DNA of 64,000 nt from an uncultured Actinomycetes bacterium (GCA_963706025.1 CAVPLM010000003.1:512001-576000), one strand, 5' to 3'; numbered from the stretch's first letter, positions 29,048 through 39,805 are shown. The notes: generated by a model not told the origin, from the sequence alone. Numbers and translations: made by a program.

Positions 29048-30069
29048 GCGATCCTGTCGCCCAGTTCGTCTTCCTGCTGATCAAGGCCATCCTCATGCCG
29101 GTGCTCATCATCATGATGGTGGCGTTCATCATCTACTTCGAGCGCAAGTTCGCCGGCTTCTTCCAGGGGAGGGTAGGGCCGACCTACCTGGGGCCTTGGG
29201 GCTCCCTGCAGTCGTTCGGGGATATCTTCAAGCTCCTTTCGAAAGAGGATTTGATCCCGACCCGAGCCGACAAGCCGGTCTTCCGGCTGGCGCCCTACAT
29301 CGCCTTCATCCCCGCCTTCTTGGTGATGGCGGTGCTGCCGTTCGGGCCGGTCTCGGAGGAGACCTATCTCTTCGGGTACCAGTTCGACTACGTGATCGCG
29401 AACTTCGATACCGGCCTGGTGCTGTTCCTGGCGATGGGGGCCATCGCAGTGTACGGGGTGGTCCTGGCCGGTTGGTCCTCCAACAACAACTACTCCTTGC
29501 TTGGCGGTCTGCGGGCCGGCGCCCAGATGATCTCCTACGAGCTGGCCATGGGCTTCTCGGTGGTGGGGGTCATGGTGATGGCCGGATCCTTGAATCTGGT
29601 GGCCATCGTCGACGGCCAGGCGGGCAACTTCTGGGACTGGTACTTCATCCCGCAGGTGGTGGGAGGGCTGATCTTCTTCATCGCCACCATCGCCGAGCTC
29701 AACCGTACGCCGTTCGACCTACCCGAGGCCGAGCAGGAATTGGTGGCCGGCCACCTGACCGAGTACTCGGGGATGCGCTGGGGCATGTTCTACTTCGCCG
29801 AGTACGTGAACCTGGTGGTCATATCTGGGATCGTCGCCACCCTGTATTTCGGGGGCTGGCGGGCCCCGTTCGAGGTGCTCGATTTCATCCCCGGTCCCAT
29901 CTGGCTCTTGGTCAAGATCTGCCTTCTCGTCTTCCTCTACATGTGGGTGCGCTGGACCATCTTCCGCTACCGCTACAACCAGCTGATGTCCATCGGTTGG
30001 AAGGTGTTGCTCCCCCTGGCCATCCTCAACCTGGTGGTCACGGCGATCGTAGTGAGCGTGGTGGGCTGA
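29044..30069 (+). CDS. nuoH: NADH-quinone oxidoreductase subunit H
   Basis: ERK..QGRVGP, AQMISYE, NRTPFDLPEAEQELVAG and RYRYNQLM. Confidence 0.95.
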   Translation: MSDPVAQFVFLLIKAILMPVLIIMMVAFIIYFERKFAGFFQGRVGPTYLGPWGSLQSFGDIFKLLSKEDLIPTRADKPVFRLAPYIAFIPAFLVMAVLPFGPVSEETYLFGYQFDYVIANFDTGLVLFLAMGAIAVYGVVLAGWSSNNNYSLLGGLRAGAQMISYELAMGFSVVGVMVMAGSLNLVAIVDGQAGNFWDWYFIPQVVGGLIFFIATIAELNRTPFDLPEAEQELVAGHLTEYSGMRWGMFYFAEYVNLVVISGIVATLYFGGWRAPFEVLDFIPGPIWLLVKICLLVFLYMWVRWTIFRYRYNQLMSIGWKVLLPLAILNLVVTAIVVSVVG

Positions 30070-30070
30070 C

Positions 30071-30631
30071 ATGGGCCTGAAAGACGTAGTCAAGAAGGGC
30101 GCCTTCGTCGACATCCTCCGGGGGATGTCGGTCACCGGGACCTACTTCGTGGTCGACAAGGTGACCGTGGAGTATCCGAAGGAGAAGCTGGAGACCTACC
30201 CGCGGTTCCGCGGCGCGCAGGCGCTGCTCACCGATCCTGAGACCGGCGACACCAAGTGCGTGGCCTGCATGCTGTGCGCCACCGTCTGTCCCTCTCAGTG
30301 CATCAGCATCGTGGGCGAGCAGACGTCCGAGGGCCGGAGCCACCCGGCCGTCTTCGACCTCGACCTGGCGCGCTGCATCTTCTGCGGCCTGTGCGAGGAG
30401 GTCTGTCCGGAGGCCGCCATCGTGATGACCCGGCGGTACGAGCTGGCCACGTTCGACAAGAACGACTTCTTCCTCGACAAGACGGCGCTCATCGCCAATC
30501 AGGCGTACGCGCACAAAGAGCTGTTCTCGCGGCCGGCGGGCGAAGGCGCTGGTGCCGCCGAGGGCCCGCGGGGCGCGGCGCCCGGCGTCATGCCCGCCCC
30601 CGCCCCGGCGCCCGCGGACGGGGAGCGCTGA
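30071..30631 (+). CDS. nuoI: NADH-quinone oxidoreductase subunit I
   Basis: CVACMLCATVCP and CIFCGLCEEVCP. Confidence 0.95.
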   Translation: MGLKDVVKKGAFVDILRGMSVTGTYFVVDKVTVEYPKEKLETYPRFRGAQALLTDPETGDTKCVACMLCATVCPSQCISIVGEQTSEGRSHPAVFDLDLARCIFCGLCEEVCPEAAIVMTRRYELATFDKNDFFLDKTALIANQAYAHKELFSRPAGEGAGAAEGPRGAAPGVMPAPAPAPADGER

Positions 30632-30636
30632 CCGGC

Positions 30637-31225
30637 ATGGTCGAGAAGATCCTCTTCCTGATATTCGCGGTTCTGGCCGTGGCCGGCGGGCTGGGTACCA
30701 TCACCCGCAAGAACGTCGTTCACGCCCTGCTGCTGCTGGTGTTCACGTTCGTGAACATCGCCGCCATCTTCCTTCTGACCGGAGCCTACTTCCTGGCCGT
30801 CGTGCAGATCCTGGTCTACGCGGGCGCCATCATGGTGCTGTTCGTGTTCGTGATCATGTTCCTCAACCTGCGGACCTTCGAGCAGGAGGAGCAGACCCAT
30901 CGCGGGCAGCGGTGGGTGGCGCTGGTGCTGTCGGCGCTGGTGTTGGTGGAGTTCGTCGTTATCTTGGCGGGTATCACCTTCGTCTCCGCGCGGGGTGGCG
31001 CCACGCCCGAAGCGATCGCGGCGGCCGGGGGCAACAGCAAGGTGTTCGGCGCAGGCCCTGTTCGATCAGATGCTGCTGCCCTTCGAAGTGGCCTCGGTGA
31101 TCCTGCTCGTGGCCATGGTCGGCGCCATCATCCTGGTGAAGAGAGAGAAGTCGGCCGGCGGAGCGCCCCGGGCCTGGGAGCCCGGCGCGCAGCCGTCGCC
31201 AGAAGCCGTCGAGGAGGAGGTATAG
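30637..31225 (+). CDS. nuoJ: NADH-quinone oxidoreductase subunit J; apparent frameshift near 31051
   Basis: QILVYAGAIMVLFVFVIM, then LPFEVASVILLVAMVGAI in a shifted frame. Confidence 0.9.
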
Positions 31226-31230
31226 CCGCC

Positions 31231-31557
31231 ATGGGCGCCACTCCCGCAGACATGCCCATCCCGGTCGACTGGTATCTCTACCTGTCGGCAGTCCTCTTCC
31301 TCATCGGCGCCGCCGGGGTGCTCACGCGGCGCAATCTCTTCATCATCCTGTTCTCTCTGGAGCTGATGATGAACGCCGTCAACCTCAACCTGGTGGGCTT
31401 CAGCCGCTTCCACGAGAACCTGGTGGGCCAGAACTTCGTGCTCTTCGTCATGGCCGTCGCCGCCGCCGAGGCGGCCGTCGGCCTGGCCATCGCCACCGCT
31501 CTCTTCCGTAACCGGCAGACGCTCATGGTCGACCTGTTCGATCGGATGAAGGGCTAA
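31231..31557 (+). CDS. nuoK: NADH-quinone oxidoreductase subunit K
   Basis: RRN..SLELMMNAVNL and AAAEAAVGLAI. Confidence 0.93.
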   Translation: MGATPADMPIPVDWYLYLSAVLFLIGAAGVLTRRNLFIILFSLELMMNAVNLNLVGFSRFHENLVGQNFVLFVMAVAAAEAAVGLAIATALFRNRQTLMVDLFDRMKG

Positions 31558-31566
31558 GGGGAGCGC

Positions 31567-33468
31567 ATGGAGAGCTACATCTGGCTCATACCGGTCCTGC
31601 CCCTGGCGGCCTTCGTCGTCACCCTGATCTTCGGCAGGTGGTGGATCAAGGATTCGGCCCACTGGCTCCCCATCCTGGCCATGCTGGGCTCGTTCGGGCT
31701 GTCGATCGCCGCCTTCATCCAGGTGCGCGGGGCCGAGGAGCCGGTGGTGGTGGAACTCTGGCGCTGGTTCTCGGTGGGCAGCTTCCAGGTGCCGTTCGCC
31801 TTCCAGGTCGACCAGCTCTCCGCCGTCATGTTGCTGGTGGTGACGGGCGTGGGGCTGCTGATCTTCATCTATTCCAGAGGGTATATGCGCGGTGACAGCG
31901 GCTACTACCGCTTCTTCGCGTACATGAGCCTGTTCGCCTTCAGCATGCTCCTGCTCGTACTGGCCGGAAACTACCTGCTGCTCTACTTCGGCTGGGAGGC
32001 GGTCGGACTCTGCTCCTACTACCTGATCGGGTACTACTATCACAAGCCCGAGGCGGCCGCGGCAGGCAAGAAGGCCTTCATCGTGAACCGGGTGGGCGAC
32101 TTCGGCTTCGGCCTGGGCGTGATGCTGATCTTCGTCACCTTCGGTACGCTCGACTACGTGGGCGTGTTCGAGCAGGTCGTGGCCGGTTCGGCGGGGCAGG
32201 GGGTGCTGATCGGCATCGCCCTGCTGCTGTTCATGGGAGCCATGGGCAAGTCGGCCCAGTTCCCGCTGCACGTATGGCTGCCCGACGCCATGGAAGGTCC
32301 CACTCCGGTGTCGGCCCTCATCCACGCCGCCACCATGGTGACCGCCGGGGTCTATCTGGTGGCCCGGAGCTCGGTCATCTTCGCCAGCGCGCCTTCGGCT
32401 CTGCTGGTGGTGGGGGCCATCGGGACCTTCACGGCCATCTTCGCCGCCGTCATCGGCATCTGCCAGAAGGACATCAAGAAGGTGCTCGCGTATTCCACCG
32501 TCTCCCAACTGGGGTACATGTTCATGGCTCTGGGGGTGGGCGCCTGGGCCATAGCCATCTTCCATCTGGTGACCCACGCCTTCTTCAAGGCCCTCTTGTT
32601 CCTCGGCGCCGGCTCGGTGATCCATTCAGTGGGCGGCGAGCAGGACATGGACAAGATGGGTGGGTTGGCCAAGCGTATCCCTGTCACCTACTACACCCTC
32701 GTGGCCGGGGCTCTGGCCCTCTCCGGCATCTTCCCGTTCGCGGGCTTCTGGTCCAAGGACGACATACTGGGGGCGGTCTGGCGGGACGGGAAGTACGTGT
32801 TCTGGGCCGTGGGCCTGATCGCGGCCTTCATCACCGCCTTCTATACGTTCCGCATGATCTTCATGACCTTCTTTGGCAAGCCGCGCATGGACGAAGAGAC
32901 CGAGAAGCACGTGCACGAGAGTCCCTGGTCGATGATCGTGCCCCTGGTGGTCCTGGCGGTGGCCTCGCTGTTGGGCGGCTTCCTGGGTCTGCCGGGCGAG
33001 TTGGGCGCCATCCAGAGGTTCTTGGAGCCCGTGTTCGCTCCGGCGAACGCCATTCTGGGGATCGAGGAGCAGAGCCTCACCGCCATCGACTACGCGCTGA
33101 TGGTGGCATCGCTGATCGTGGCCATGATGGGCATCGCCTTTGCCTGGCTCCTGTATGTCCGCCGGCCCGCCGATCTGCCCCAGTTCTTCGGGGCTCTCTT
33201 CCGGCCTGCCTACAAAGTGGTCTACAACAAGTTCTACATCGACGAGTTCTACGCGGCCACGGTCGTGCGCCTGGCCGTCGACGGCTCTCGCTGGGTGTGG
33301 CACAAGTTCGACGAGCATGTGATCGATGGGGCGGCGCACGGAGTGGCCTGGCTGTGGCAGCGGGCGGGTAGCGGGCTGCGTCCGCTCCAGACCGGGCGGG
33401 TGCAGAACTACCTCCTGGGTATGTTCATCGGGGTGTTCGTCATCGTGACTCTGGTCATCTTCCTCTAG
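31567..33468 (+). CDS. nuoL: NADH-quinone oxidoreductase subunit L
   Basis: GKSAQFPLHVWLPDAMEGPTPVSALIHAATMV and FHLVTHAFFKA. Confidence 0.96.
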   Translation: MESYIWLIPVLPLAAFVVTLIFGRWWIKDSAHWLPILAMLGSFGLSIAAFIQVRGAEEPVVVELWRWFSVGSFQVPFAFQVDQLSAVMLLVVTGVGLLIFIYSRGYMRGDSGYYRFFAYMSLFAFSMLLLVLAGNYLLLYFGWEAVGLCSYYLIGYYYHKPEAAAAGKKAFIVNRVGDFGFGLGVMLIFVTFGTLDYVGVFEQVVAGSAGQGVLIGIALLLFMGAMGKSAQFPLHVWLPDAMEGPTPVSALIHAATMVTAGVYLVARSSVIFASAPSALLVVGAIGTFTAIFAAVIGICQKDIKKVLAYSTVSQLGYMFMALGVGAWAIAIFHLVTHAFFKALLFLGAGSVIHSVGGEQDMDKMGGLAKRIPVTYYTLVAGALALSGIFPFAGFWSKDDILGAVWRDGKYVFWAVGLIAAFITAFYTFRMIFMTFFGKPRMDEETEKHVHESPWSMIVPLVVLAVASLLGGFLGLPGELGAIQRFLEPVFAPANAILGIEEQSLTAIDYALMVASLIVAMMGIAFAWLLYVRRPADLPQFFGALFRPAYKVVYNKFYIDEFYAATVVRLAVDGSRWVWHKFDEHVIDGAAHGVAWLWQRAGSGLRPLQTGRVQNYLLGMFIGVFVIVTLVIFL

Positions 33469-33489
33469 GGTGCCGGTCTAGGGTGCCGG
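33464..33489 (+). repeat. Perfect 13-bp tandem duplication spanning the nuoL stop codon
   Basis: TCTAGGGTGCCGG twice. Confidence 0.8.
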
Positions 33490-33508
33490 TGCGGAACAGG
33501 GTGAGATA

Positions 33509-35071
33509 GTGGAATTCGATTTCGCGACACAGTTGGGTTTCAGGGGACTCACCATCCTGACCTTCCTGCCCACCGCGGGGGCTGTTGTCATGCTGGTCTT
33601 CATGCGCAGGCGTCCCAGCGCCTACAAGGCGACGGCTCTAGTCACCACCATCCTCACTCTGATCCTGGCCATCTACCTGGCCACCCAGTTCCAGAGCGAC
33701 ACCGCCGCGTACCAGTTCCAGGAGAACGAGTCGTGGATCGCCAGCCTGGGCATCTCGTATCACCTGGGCGTCGACGGCATCTCCCTCCTTCTGATACTGC
33801 TCACGACGCTACTCTCGGTGGTCGCGATCGCGGGCTCCTGGAACTCCATCAAGGACCGAGGACTGGCCTTCTTCATCAGCCTGCTCGTACTCGAGACCGG
33901 CATGCTGGGTGTGTTCGTCTCGATGGATCTGTTCCTGTTCTACGTGTTCTGGGAGATCCAGCTCATCCCCATGTATTTCATCATCGGCCTCTGGGGAGGT
34001 GCCCGGCGGGTCTACGCCGCCATCAAGTTCTTCCTCTTCACCTTCGTCGGCTCGGTGCTCATGCTGGTCGCCATCCTGGCCGTGGTGTGGTGGTACGCGA
34101 GTAACGGCGGGCCGCTCACCTTCGACATCCTGACCCTGCAGCAGGTCGGTTTCCCCGGCGCCACCGCGGCCTGGGCCTTTGCGGCCTTTTTCATCGCCTT
34201 CGCCATCAAAGTGCCCATGTTCCCGGTGCACACCTGGCTACCCGACGCGCATACCGAGGCGCCCACCGCCGGTTCGGTGATCCTGGCCGGGGTGCTCCTC
34301 AAGATGGGGGTCTACGGCATGATCCGCTTCTGCATCGGGTTCTTCCCGGAGATGGCGGTGAAGGCGATCACACCCGTCTTGATCCTATCGGTTGTAGCTG
34401 TGGTGTATGGAGCGGCGATGTCGCTGGTCCAGCCCGACATGAAGCGGCTGGTGGCGTATTCGTCGGTCAGCCACATGGGGTTCGTCACCGCCGGACTGTT
34501 CGTCTTCAACCAGCAAGGGATCGAGGGCTCGATCCTCCAGATGGTCAGCCACGGGATCCTCACGGGCGCCCTGTTCATGATGGTGGGCTTCTTCTACGAT
34601 CGCACTCACACCCGTATGATCGCCGACTACGGGGGGATGGCCAAACCCATGCCGGTGGCTGCCGCGTTCTTCAGCCTGTTCGTGCTGGGTAGTCTGGGCC
34701 TGCCCGGTCTGAGCGGGTTCGTGGGCGAGTTCCTGATCTTGGTGGGCGTGTTCCAGTACGCGCAGGTCTTCGCCGTACTTGCGTCCATCGGGATCGTGCT
34801 GGGTGCAGCGTACCTCCTGTGGATGTACCAGCGGACCATGTTCCAGCCGGCCAACGAGAAATGGCTCTCGCTCAAGGACCTGAGCGCTCGGGAGATCATC
34901 ACTCTCGTGCCGTTGGTGGGCATGGCCGTGTGGATCGGGATCTACCCGCACACGTTCCTCAACCTGCTGCACGCGCCCGCGCAGAACATCATGATGCAGG
35001 TCCAGCCGTACCTGGCGGAGCACAGCAACAGCCTGCTTCGCCTGGCGAGCAGCTTGTTCGGGGGCTTCTAG
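33509..35071 (+). CDS. nuoM: NADH-quinone oxidoreductase subunit M
   Basis: IKVPMFPVHTWLPDAHTEAP and AYSSVSHMG. Confidence 0.96.
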   Translation: MEFDFATQLGFRGLTILTFLPTAGAVVMLVFMRRRPSAYKATALVTTILTLILAIYLATQFQSDTAAYQFQENESWIASLGISYHLGVDGISLLLILLTTLLSVVAIAGSWNSIKDRGLAFFISLLVLETGMLGVFVSMDLFLFYVFWEIQLIPMYFIIGLWGGARRVYAAIKFFLFTFVGSVLMLVAILAVVWWYASNGGPLTFDILTLQQVGFPGATAAWAFAAFFIAFAIKVPMFPVHTWLPDAHTEAPTAGSVILAGVLLKMGVYGMIRFCIGFFPEMAVKAITPVLILSVVAVVYGAAMSLVQPDMKRLVAYSSVSHMGFVTAGLFVFNQQGIEGSILQMVSHGILTGALFMMVGFFYDRTHTRMIADYGGMAKPMPVAAAFFSLFVLGSLGLPGLSGFVGEFLILVGVFQYAQVFAVLASIGIVLGAAYLLWMYQRTMFQPANEKWLSLKDLSAREIITLVPLVGMAVWIGIYPHTFLNLLHAPAQNIMMQVQPYLAEHSNSLLRLASSLFGGF

Positions 35072-35072
35072 G

Positions 35073-36548
35073 ATGCAGGCGTCCGACCTCATCACCGTGC
35101 TCCCCGAGCTGATCCTGCTGGTGGCGGCCTGCGCCGTAGTGCTCGTGGAGCCCTTCCTCAAAGCCGACAAGACCGCCGTCCTGGCCATCGCTCTGACGGC
35201 GCTTGTCGGGTCGGGAGCCCTGTCGTTGGGTCTGGTGGGTGAGGACCGAACGGCGTTCGCGGGCATGCTGGTGCTGGACGACTGGGCCGTCTTCTTCAAG
35301 GTGCTGTTCGCGGTGGCCGCGGCCCTTACCATCCTCATGTCTTCGCGCTACCTTGAGGCGCACGGCCGCCATCTGGGCGAGTACTACGCCCTGATCTTGT
35401 TCGCGGTCATCGGGATGGACCTCATGGCGGCGTCGCGCGACTTCATCGCTTTCTACGTGGCCCTCGAGTTGATGGCCATCAGCAGCTACATCTTGGCCGC
35501 CTTCTTCCGCTACCGGGTACGCTCGAACGAGTCGTCGCTCAAGTACTTCCTCACCGGCTCGTTCGCCTCGGCCATCATGCTCTACGGTATCTCGTTGGTG
35601 TATGGGTACGCCGGGGCCACCAACTTCCAGACCGTCGGCCAGGCTCTGGCTGGGAGCGTTGGATCGGGCGACGAAGGGGTCTCGGCGGGCGTGATGCTGG
35701 CCGTGTTCCTGGTGGCGGTCGGTCTGGCCTTCAAGGTCTCGGCGGCCCCGTTCCACATGTGGACGCCCGACGTCTACCAGGGCGCTCCCACTCCGGTGGC
35801 GGCCTTCTTCTCGGTCGGTCCCAAAGCTGCCGCTTTCTCCGTGATCATAGTGGCCTTCATAGTGGCCTTCCCGGCCCAGGCGAGGGAATGGGGTGTGTTC
35901 TTCATCGTCCTTTCCATTCTGACCATGGTGGTCGGGAACGTCTTCGCCCTGGTCCAGACCAACGTGAAGCGGATGCTGGCCTATTCCTCGATAGCCCACG
36001 CCGGCTATCTCCTGGCCGGCATCGGGGCGATGGGCTGGAGCGGCAATTCCTATCCGGGCCAAGGGGTGCTCATCTATCTGGTTGCGTACACCTTCATGAA
36101 CCTGGGCGCGTTCGGGGTGCTGGCTTACCTCAAGACCCAAGCGCCGGATAAGTTCGACTACTCGCTCAAGAGCCTGGCCGGACTGGGCCGCCGTTCCCCC
36201 TGGGCCGCCGTGCTGCTGTCGTTGTTCCTGCTCTCGCTCGCCGGGATCCCGGGAACGGCAGGTTTCATCGGCAAGTTCTACGTGTTCGGGGCGATCGTCC
36301 AGGCCGATCTGGTGTGGCTGGCGGTGATCGCGGTGCTGATGAGCGCGGTCGCCGTCTACTACTACCTCCGCGTGATCATGTACATGCTCTTCCGGGAGCC
36401 GGAAGAGGAATTCGCAGTCAAGGAGCCCATCTCGGGTGGCATGGCCGCCGCCCTGGCCTTGAGCGCCATAGCCACCGTGGTCATCGGAGTGGTGCCATCG
36501 TGGCTCTGGGACGCGGTGGTGAGCGCCTTCACCACGCTCTTCAACTGA
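35073..36548 (+). CDS. nuoN: NADH-quinone oxidoreductase subunit N
   Basis: FKVSAAPFHMWTPDVYQGAP and KRMLAYSSIAHAGY. Confidence 0.96.
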   Translation: MQASDLITVLPELILLVAACAVVLVEPFLKADKTAVLAIALTALVGSGALSLGLVGEDRTAFAGMLVLDDWAVFFKVLFAVAAALTILMSSRYLEAHGRHLGEYYALILFAVIGMDLMAASRDFIAFYVALELMAISSYILAAFFRYRVRSNESSLKYFLTGSFASAIMLYGISLVYGYAGATNFQTVGQALAGSVGSGDEGVSAGVMLAVFLVAVGLAFKVSAAPFHMWTPDVYQGAPTPVAAFFSVGPKAAAFSVIIVAFIVAFPAQAREWGVFFIVLSILTMVVGNVFALVQTNVKRMLAYSSIAHAGYLLAGIGAMGWSGNSYPGQGVLIYLVAYTFMNLGAFGVLAYLKTQAPDKFDYSLKSLAGLGRRSPWAAVLLSLFLLSLAGIPGTAGFIGKFYVFGAIVQADLVWLAVIAVLMSAVAVYYYLRVIMYMLFREPEEEFAVKEPISGGMAAALALSAIATVVIGVVPSWLWDAVVSAFTTLFN

Positions 36549-36570
36549 GCCTGGGGCGAGGAGCAAGTCC

Positions 36571-38074
36571 GTGCTGCTCGAGGGGGACTGGGTCTTTCCC
36601 ATCAGTGGACCGCCCGTCGCGGGTGGCGCCGTGCTGGTCGCCGATGGGGTGATCGAGGCGGTGGGGCCCGCCGCGGAGCTGCGGGCCCGGCATCCGGACG
36701 AGCCAGTGCGGGCCTTCCCCGGCTTTGTCCTCATGCCCGGTTTGGTGAACGCCCACACCCACCTCGAGTATTCGGCCTTCCGTGGCTTCGCGCCGCCCAG
36801 CGGGTTCGGGGAGTGGATACTGCGGCTGCTGCTCGCCCGGCGGAAGCTGGACCGCGACGACTACGCCGTCTCGGCCCTGTGGGGGGCCCATGAGTGCGTC
36901 CGGGGCGGTGTCACTTCCATCGGCGACACCTCGTTCGAGGGGTGGACCGTGGCGCGCGCAGCCGGCTCCGCCGGGCTGCGCGCCCGCGTCTACCTAGAGG
37001 TCTTCGGTCTCGACGACGCCGAGCTACCCCGGACCATGGCGGCTCTGGAGACCCGGCTCGCGGCGCTGCGGGACGAATGCGGCCGGACGGCCGCCGCGCT
37101 AGAGCCCGGGATCTCACCCCACGCCCCTTACACCGTCTCGGCCCGGCTGTATCGGGAAGTGGCGCGCTTGGCCGAACGGTCGAGCCTGCGGGTCGCCACT
37201 CATGTGGCCGAGTCGCAGGCGGAGGTGGAGCTGCTGACCAAGGGAAACGGGGCGATCGCTCACGCCTACCGGGCTGCGCACATGTGGAGAGGGCAGCGGT
37301 GGAGGCCACCGAATCTGAGCCCGGTGAAGTACCTGGCCGGGACTCGGATCTTGGGACCGCGGGCTCTGGCCATCCACTGCGTCCAGGTCGACGACGCCGA
37401 TATCGCGCTTCTGGCCGAGAGCGGAGCCGCGGTGGCGCACTGCCCGCGCTCGAACCTGCGGCTCCAGTGCGGGACCGCACCGGTGGCGGCCCTGATCGGG
37501 GCCGGGGTCACCGTAGGCCTTGGCACCGACAGCCTCAGCTCCAACGACAGTCTGGACATGTTCGCCGAGATGCGGGCTGCGCTGGCAGTCAGCCGGGCGC
37601 GCGCGCTCCGCGGCGCGCCCCTACCCCCCGGCGCGGGCGCCCCCGCCCTCACGCCGGAAACCGTCCTCCGCATGGCCACCCTCGATGGCGCCCGCGCCCT
37701 GGGCTGGGACAGCATGGTAGGGAGCTTGGAGAAGGGCAAGCGCGCGGATCTGATCGCCGTCCGTCTGCCGGGACTATCGTCTGGGGCTGTGGCCGGCCGT
37801 GCCGATCAGCCCTCAAGCAACGACGATCAACCCGCCGAAGCCGGTCCGCCCGGCCCGGTCGAGAGCCTGGTCGCGCATGCCACGGCGAGCGACGTCGGCA
37901 TGGTGATGGTAGATGGGCGAGTCATCTCCGACAGCCTGTCGCCGGCGGCCCCAGAGTGGTCGGCGGCCGACATGCCGCCAGCCGGACCGGGCGGCGTTGC
38001 CCGAGGACGACATGACCGCGATCCGCGAGGCCTTCTCGGCGGTGCGGGCCAAGCTGGGCCTCAAGGACTCATAG
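36571..38074 (+). CDS. Amidohydrolase superfamily deaminase (MTA/SAH or aminodeoxyfutalosine deaminase-like); probable frameshift near the 3' end
   Basis: NAHTHLEYS, SPHAPY, THVAES, IHCV, CPRSN and GTDS motifs. An alternative-frame tail (DMTAIREAFSAVRAKLGLKDS*) ends at 38074, avoiding overlap with the MFS gene. Confidence 0.85.
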
Positions 38075-38101
38075 AGCCGGTCGAGAAGGCGAGTGGAGCA
38101 G

Positions 38102-39610
38102 TCAGGCCGCCAGATCCGAGGCGGGGACAGCCTCGACCCTGCCGAGGACTGCAGAACCTGGGACGTGTACTCTGCTCGGCACCGGCGCCAAGTGGGTAGC
38201 CGCGGCCAACTGGGGAGCGGCCGACGTCTTGGCGTCCGCAGTCTGCGACTCGTCGGCCAACCGCCATACCGAAGGACTAAAGGCAGCAAACACCACCACG
38301 CCGACTATCATCGCGCCGGCGCCGATCATGACAAAGGGCGCACTCCACTGTATGAGGGCGCCGGCGATCGTGCTAGATACCGGAGCCAGGCCGACAACTG
38401 CGAACATGAGGACGCTCATCATCCGGCCGAGCATGTGGCGAGCGGTACGTAGCTGGAGCCAAGTGATGAACTGGATCACCACGTAGCCCTGGCCGAGTCC
38501 CATGACAAAAGCGACGATAGCCGCGGGCACCATCGAGGAGAGCACGCCGAGCAGGGCCAAACCGATTCCCATCGTCCCAGTGAGCAAGAGCATGAGCATC
38601 GGGAACCTACGAGCCGACGGCCGGCGGCGAGCCCCGGCTATGATGACGCCGAGAAGGGAGCCTCCACCGAAGGCCGAGAGGATGATGCCGAACGCGGCAG
38701 CACCGCCCGTGAACCGGGTATCGGCCAAGACTGGAATACCGACCGAGATCGGGCCGGTCATCAGAAGGTTGACTGCGGCGATGAGCACGAAGTACTGGCG
38801 GAGCGTCTTGTCCTGCCAGACGGTCGCGAGACCGTCGCTGATCGACGAGAGCACCCCGCTCTCGCGGACGATCTTCTTCTCGCTTTGAGGGGCGGCCGGC
38901 AGCCTGATCATGGCCAAGGTTATGGCGGAAACAAGGAAACTCGCTGCGTCAAGTGCGAAGGCAACGCCGATACCCCTCATGTCCGGGACGGCCGGGTTCG
39001 CCGCTCCACCGCCGTCCAGGAGGGCGATAAGAGTGCCGGCCAGGACTGGTCCGAGGAAGACTGACAGTTGGGCGGTGCCCTGAATGATGGCGTTGCCGGT
39101 CTGCAGACGCTCGGTCCCCAGGAGCCGGGGGATCATGGCGGATTGAGCCGGGAAGAAGAAGGCGTCCGCAAGCCCGAACAACAGGGCGAAAGCGTAGAGC
39201 ATCCACAACTGAGTAACCCCTGTAATCGTAAGAAGCGCCAGCGCACCGACCACGACCAGACGGCTCGTGTTGGAACACAGCATCATCGTGCGGGGAGAGA
39301 ACCGGTCGGTAAGGGCTCCGCCCAACAGCATGAAGAGTGCGCGCGGGATGGCGACCAGGGCCAGAACTGTCCCAAGGGCAAAAGCGCTGCCGGTCAGCTT
39401 GAGAACGAGCCACGGCAGCGAGATCAGGTAGAACTGATCGCCCAGCAGGGAAATGCCCTCACCGTACCAGAGCAGACGGAAGTCGCGATTGCGCAAGCTC
39501 TCGGAGAGGCCCGAAGGTATCTTGGAGGCTCGCTGTCCATCGGCCTCGCGCCGCCCCAGCCTCTGGGCCGGACTGCTCCCTATCGCTACGCTTCTCATAG
39601 TGGACTCCAT
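38102..39610 (-). CDS. MFS transporter
   Basis: LRNRDFRLLW, GGALTDRFSPRTMM and about 12 hydrophobic segments. Confidence 0.9.
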   Translation of the reverse strand: MESTMRSVAIGSSPAQRLGRREADGQRASKIPSGLSESLRNRDFRLLWYGEGISLLGDQFYLISLPWLVLKLTGSAFALGTVLALVAIPRALFMLLGGALTDRFSPRTMMLCSNTSRLVVVGALALLTITGVTQLWMLYAFALLFGLADAFFFPAQSAMIPRLLGTERLQTGNAIIQGTAQLSVFLGPVLAGTLIALLDGGGAANPAVPDMRGIGVAFALDAASFLVSAITLAMIRLPAAPQSEKKIVRESGVLSSISDGLATVWQDKTLRQYFVLIAAVNLLMTGPISVGIPVLADTRFTGGAAAFGIILSAFGGGSLLGVIIAGARRRPSARRFPMLMLLLTGTMGIGLALLGVLSSMVPAAIVAFVMGLGQGYVVIQFITWLQLRTARHMLGRMMSVLMFAVVGLAPVSSTIAGALIQWSAPFVMIGAGAMIVGVVVFAAFSPSVWRLADESQTADAKTSAAPQLAAATHLAPVPSRVHVPGSAVLGRVEAVPASDLAA

Positions 39611-39805
39611 GGGTCTGCTTGGCACTCTGCCCTCATTGTGACGTGCCGTCAACCCCCTGAGATCAGCCAGAAGGGGGTTTCTTAGACTGGCCAGGCGACC
39701 AGGATCTGAACACCTCAACTGGCGAGGCGAAGACACGGCTGCGAGGGCTACCCTCAAGGGAGAAACGGAGGGTGACCGGCAGAACCGCCGCGCAAGGGGC
39801 AAACG

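Noticed and set aside
26197-30631. Group 4 NiFe hydrogenase interpretation of the NuoEFG-less complex
   Set aside because: The D subunit lacks Ni-binding CxxC motifs, and the B subunit has the tandem CC typical of NuoB.
30256-31557. Apparent nuoJ-nuoK fusion ORF (433 aa)
   Set aside because: Produced by one extra base near 31051; the true nuoJ C-terminus is in another frame and nuoK has its own RBS and ATG.
33464-33489. Target-site duplication scar after nuoL
   Set aside because: No element lies between the copies; simple slippage or an assembly artefact is equally likely.
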